This document shows positions 60,040 through 64,000 of a stretch of 64,000 bases of DNA, one piece after another. The position numbers and the translations under genes were made by a program. This stretch comes from Craspedostauros australis (taxonomy: Eukaryota). A model generated the notes under the pieces. The model was not told the origin of the DNA. It saw only the letters and a list, made by a program, of their open reading frames with translations, and ran no database searches. Within the stretch, counting starts at the first letter, position 1; each line of letters begins with the position of its first letter. The stretch is from positions 62,001-126,000 of the forward strand of contig JALAGF010004429.1 of the NCBI GenBank assembly GCA_030167865.1, written 5' to 3'.

Positions 60040-62019
60040 CTAGGACCGGAACCTCTTCATCAACCGTTGCCGTGACGAAATGCTGTTGCTACGGGCAACA
60101 GCTTCACATTTCTTGGTCTTCCTGACACTTGCGCTGACAATGTAGTCGTCGCCGTCGCCGTCGCCACCGTCGCCATTGCCTCCCGGACCAGTGCGTGTAT
60201 GTTTCGATTTTGATCGAATGGTGGATTGATCTCGTGGCTGCTTCATCTTTCCACCGGATCCCGGGAGCCATTCGCCATCGTCTGCATCGCGTGCCTCCCC
60301 GACTATCCATCGCGTGTCTTCCCGCTTCTTCTTGGGACGAGGCCTGGCAGCATCTTGAGATGGATCGTGGGCCTTGCGCGCCCCGAGGGATAGGCTTATC
60401 CGAAGCCGTCTGACCTTCGGTTTCGGAGGCGGGTCGTAGTCTGACCGCTGATGTTTTCCAAGACTTGTGTGTTTGTGGATCATGGCGTCGGAATGTTGCG
60501 GTTGATCAGCCTGAGCTTCAATGGCTGCTTGCTGACTTGACAATCCGTCGCCGCCGCTAACCGTCGGGCGTCCCTTGCCAAGCGCGAATTTCAAGCGAAG
60601 CACCGGTGTGCTCTTGGCATCATTGGCGGGCTTCTTTGTGGTTGATGCAGTCGTAGTATTGGGTGTCTTCGTCGTGGGAGATATACCGTGATTCTTAACT
60701 CTGATGTACTCCTCACGCAGATTCTGCAGAAACTCGTCAACGCTTCCGCATTGATTGCTCAGCATCGCATGCTTCGCAGCCCCCTGTACCGATGGCCCGG
60801 TCCCCATATCTGTCTGGAGGGCGTGAACCTTCCACCATTCTTCCAACACGTGCACAAGATCCCCCATCCCCTCAACCTCTCGTTCCGATACTGTGCCGCG
60901 ACGTAGCCTATCCAAGTACATACCCCCAGCATAAAAATGCAGAGTCTGGAAGAATGGAAAGCGGAACTTCTCTTGCACCTTGGTGCGGGCCTCGATGCAA
61001 TGGACCTGCAGCTGCGTGGCAATGTCCATGCCATGAAGGAAGTTGCCTCCCAGGACCAACGAATCATCTGGTGTGTACACGGCATGGATGTAGGCGGCGG
61101 GGATGATGAGGGTCTGACCTGCGTGCAGCGTCAACCTCAGGACCTCCTCCTGGTTCTGCATCATGTCGGGCAAAAACACCTCGGCCTGATCTGGTCGGCA
61201 CAGCCATTCCTCGTAGGTGGCGAGATTCTTCTTGGTGGGCGGAATCAAGCAGAATACCTTCTTGCCCTGCAGGATGTGATACCAGACAGAGGTTCCGCCA
61301 AAGTCGATATGGAAATCCGTGTAGCATCCTCCCGCGGACGTCAGACAGTAGTACTGTACGTTGGGATACACGGATTGGCTGTCACGCTGGTCAAACCCCG
61401 GCCAGGCATGATCGATCCAATCTATCTCGCGCACGAAGCTGGGACTTGCGATCCTCTCCATCAAGGCCGTCTTGGAGAATTCCAACGAAATCTGGTTGAG
61501 AACTCGAGGTTTGTTGGCTGTCATATTCATGCATCTCTGGGCAGCCTTGCGACGCCGACGGCTGCTGCGACCTGTGGGACTGACATCGCTCTGGGAAGAC
61601 TTCGCCATCTCCTGCTGCCGACGGTACATCAGCCGCTCGTTATCCTCGAAGTAATTCACGAGGTCTTCCAACGTCCAGCCTTCCAGTTCCTCCTGATGCT
61701 CCACGTCGATGACATGAACCGGATGATTGTGGCCAATGATGTCGGCAATGTCACGGATCGATACCTCCCGCTTGGACAAGGATTGGATCTTCATCCCGAT
61801 GGATTCTGGCTTGTCCTTGACGAGGATCGGCTTGGTGAGGGTGATGTCTTTGTTGTCGCGCAATCGCTCGGACGTCAAGGTCCTGCCATCCTCCACGATC
61901 TGCACCCAGCTGGATTGCAGAGAATCGGAAGAATCGGGCAAGGTGAGGAACTTGGCGACATGGCGATTGGCATGATTGGGAGCGACGGCGCCGTCTCCTT
62001 TCTCAGCTTGTGCTTCCAT
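60040..62019 (-). CDS. JmjC histone demethylase, KDM2/KDM7 (JHDM1)-like, ~659 aa
   Basis: 'LNQISLEFS', 'YTDFHIDFGGTSVWYH', 'GKKVFCLIPPT', 'IHAVYTP', 'GGNFLH', 'KFRFPFF'; the H-x-D...H Fe triad is intact. Confidence 0.92.
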   Translation of the reverse strand: MEAQAEKGDGAVAPNHANRHVAKFLTLPDSSDSLQSSWVQIVEDGRTLTSERLRDNKDITLTKPILVKDKPESIGMKIQSLSKREVSIRDIADIIGHNHPVHVIDVEHQEELEGWTLEDLVNYFEDNERLMYRRQQEMAKSSQSDVSPTGRSSRRRRKAAQRCMNMTANKPRVLNQISLEFSKTALMERIASPSFVREIDWIDHAWPGFDQRDSQSVYPNVQYYCLTSAGGCYTDFHIDFGGTSVWYHILQGKKVFCLIPPTKKNLATYEEWLCRPDQAEVFLPDMMQNQEEVLRLTLHAGQTLIIPAAYIHAVYTPDDSLVLGGNFLHGMDIATQLQVHCIEARTKVQEKFRFPFFQTLHFYAGGMYLDRLRRGTVSEREVEGMGDLVHVLEEWWKVHALQTDMGTGPSVQGAAKHAMLSNQCGSVDEFLQNLREEYIRVKNHGISPTTKTPNTTTASTTKKPANDAKSTPVLRLKFALGKGRPTVSGGDGLSSQQAAIEAQADQPQHSDAMIHKHTSLGKHQRSDYDPPPKPKVRRLRISLSLGARKAHDPSQDAARPRPKKKREDTRWIVGEARDADDGEWLPGSGGKMKQPRDQSTIRSKSKHTRTGPGGNGDGGDGDGDDYIVSASVRKTKKCEAVARSNSISSRQRLMKRFRS

Positions 62020-62709
62020 GGTTCTGGTCCTCTTTCGTGCAGTTGTGATAATTGTGACCACAAACTGGCGAAAACGAGAAGTTCCGACCAGGGCTCGCGA
62101 GAATACGGGATGTTCGTCGGTGGACAGCAGAGGAGGTTGCGTGCCAGCACACGGTATCGCAGCGAAGACGGATGCGGATGTCGGACTTTCTTTGTGCGTT
62201 GCGGTCGCCGCCGCGCCTGTCGTCGACAGCGAGGCGGAGGGGACTGTTCGTGTTCTGTTTCGTCAGCACCTGTTGTTCCGTGTACGAGAAGGCCGTAGAG
62301 TGCTTGGACGAGTTGGTCGCATGCTCGCCTTCGTCAAATGATTGGACATGGGAGAAAATGAAAACGTGTGTGCCGAAGCTCTGATGGGCGCTTTGTGCCT
62401 CTCTCCTTTTGCCGCTTCCATTCCACGATCCCTCCGTCCGTCCTTCTCCACAAATTCCGACCACCACATCCGCGATTGGGAACACGATCACAACAAGTTT
62501 TGGTGGTGGGGACGTTTCATGCTTGGGACATAAAATTAAAGTTTAAGTTTGTGATTGTTTACTCTTACGTGTGCTTTTTTGCTTTGGTTTGGTGTAGTGC
62601 GGGGTGGTGTGGTTTGGTTTCATCGTCGTCATTGTCATTGTCATCGTCTGCTGCTGGTGATGCAGCTGCCACCTCGATGCAAATGGCCATCTGTGTGCAA
62701 GTGATCCCA

Positions 62710-64000
62710 TCAGAAAGGATTGGTGAATGGGTCGAATTGTTGGTTGGCCGGAGCATTCGCAGCAGCTGGCTGCTGTGGTTGTCGCTGCACCTGGTATTGC
62801 TGTTGCTGCTGCTGTTGCTGCTGCTGTTGGTAGTACACATGCTGCGCTGATGGCGCCGGTGCTGGGGCAGCCTGATACCCACCGACCTGACCGTACGCCT
62901 GTTGCTGTGGTTGCGGCTGTTGAAGTGGCTGCTGCTGCTGTTGTTGGAAGGCGCTGGTGTTTGCTTGCGGCGCAGGCGTTACGGATGAAGCAAAGGGATC
63001 GTGAGCTGCTGGTGTGCCCGCAATTCCAGGAGGCTTGGCGGCGTTGTTGGAGATTGTCATGGTATCGAACAGACCCAGCACATCCTGGGCCGCGCTTGTT
63101 CCATTTGCCGTTGCCGTTGGTGCAGGCGCCGGTTGGCCTGGGGCTGTGAGTGCAAATGGATTCTCCTGGTACTGTTGCTGCTGTTGGTAGCTACCCACGG
63201 CTGCTTGTCCTGGGTATGGGGCGGCAACAGGATTCTGCATCGCTGTGAACTGGGCGACCGCGTTTGCTGGATTGGCAGGTGCTGGCGCCACTTGACCCCT
63301 GGCATTTGGGTGGAAGGCTGCGTGAATGGCCTTGAAGGAATGGGATGGACGAATTCGTGAATCCTTGATGTACTGTGGTTGGAGAAGGAGACGGTTGTGC
63401 CGTACGACAATGGCGATATCAACAAAACCAGCAGCATGGAGCATGGTGAGATACTGAGCAGAAAGCGAGGGTGGTACAAAACAGTTCATACTACCAGACG
63501 CAGTGATGCAATCGCATGAAACAAAGTCGAGGAACTGCCCAATGCCTAACGTTCAATGTCCAACGTCCAACTCTCGACGTGCAATGCACCCGACGCTGCG
63601 CACTTACATGTCCCTGATCAGGCCGTCGGAGCAACCGGCGCTTGTTGAGGCAAAGACGACGAACTGCGAACAGCTTGGCTCGATCCACCAAGAGGTTGTA
63701 CACCTGACTTGCCGCATGCCGGATCTGCGTGCAGATTTGTGATCTCATGTTGTCGTTGTAAAACTTCATGGATCGGATCTTGTCCATGCCGTCGGTCGCC
63801 TCAGCGATGGCTGCCATCGGTCCATGGTAGAGCAGATTCCGAAGAATTTGGAGCGCTTGGTACCCGTGCTTCCAATGCAATCCCTTCGAATCCCTCATGC
63901 GCACCCAGATGACGGACATGACATCGAAGAGGACGGAACTGCATTCGCGGCACTGTTCCACGAGCTGCGCCACTGTCTTGTTGTAGTCACCTTCGAACGT
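62710..64000 (-). CDS. ENTH-domain (epsin-like) protein, 5'-partial; exons >64000-63608 and 63372-62710
   Basis: 'VMSVIWVRM...WKHGYQALQILRNLLYHG' ENTH pattern; Q/P-rich tail with NPF/DPF motifs ending 'FDPFTNPF'; phase-0 gtaag...acag intron. Confidence 0.85.

Noticed and set aside
60937-62298. 453-aa plus-strand ORF
   Set aside because: Antisense shadow of the JmjC gene; no motifs; explained by codon bias.
1-64000. tRNA, rRNA or snRNA genes
   Set aside because: None recognised by eye; tRNAscan-SE and Infernal would be needed to exclude them.

Overview
Eukaryotic nuclear DNA, most likely from a diatom. Evidence: bipartite signal-plus-Phe plastid presequences, a signal-peptide-bearing Derlin, RXL/KXXK cell-wall-type proteins, GT-AG introns of about 165-465 nt and microsatellite-rich intergenic DNA. 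The species cannot be determined from the sequence. About 21 host genes can be modelled, most with splice junctions that I checked for frame by hand: a plastid DUF2993-like protein, Derlin, an NAD(P)H-binding reductase, a coiled-coil/GOLD protein, a MATE transporter, a DHHC-like protein, three secreted/surface proteins, a tail-anchored RING-like protein, a SANT protein, a USP4/11/15-like deubiquitinase, an MST/Hippo-like kinase, COQ4, a Pex14-N/PUB fusion, a JmjC demethylase, an epsin/ENTH gene and several hypotheticals. The middle of the window (23892-32237, minus strand) is an apparently complete but inactivated 8.3-kb non-LTR retrotransposon (ORF1 plus APE-RT-RNase H-CCHC ORF2, Ambal-like) with a perfect 15-bp target-site duplication and a (TTAT)n tail. 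The most unusual items are the Pex14-PUB fusion, a Cys-depleted DHTC palmitoyltransferase-like gene next to a membrane protein with a Cys-rich tail, a group of RXL/KXXK/His6 cell-wall candidates, and a signal-peptide protein with no transit peptide. All domain calls come from motif recognition by eye; no database search was run.
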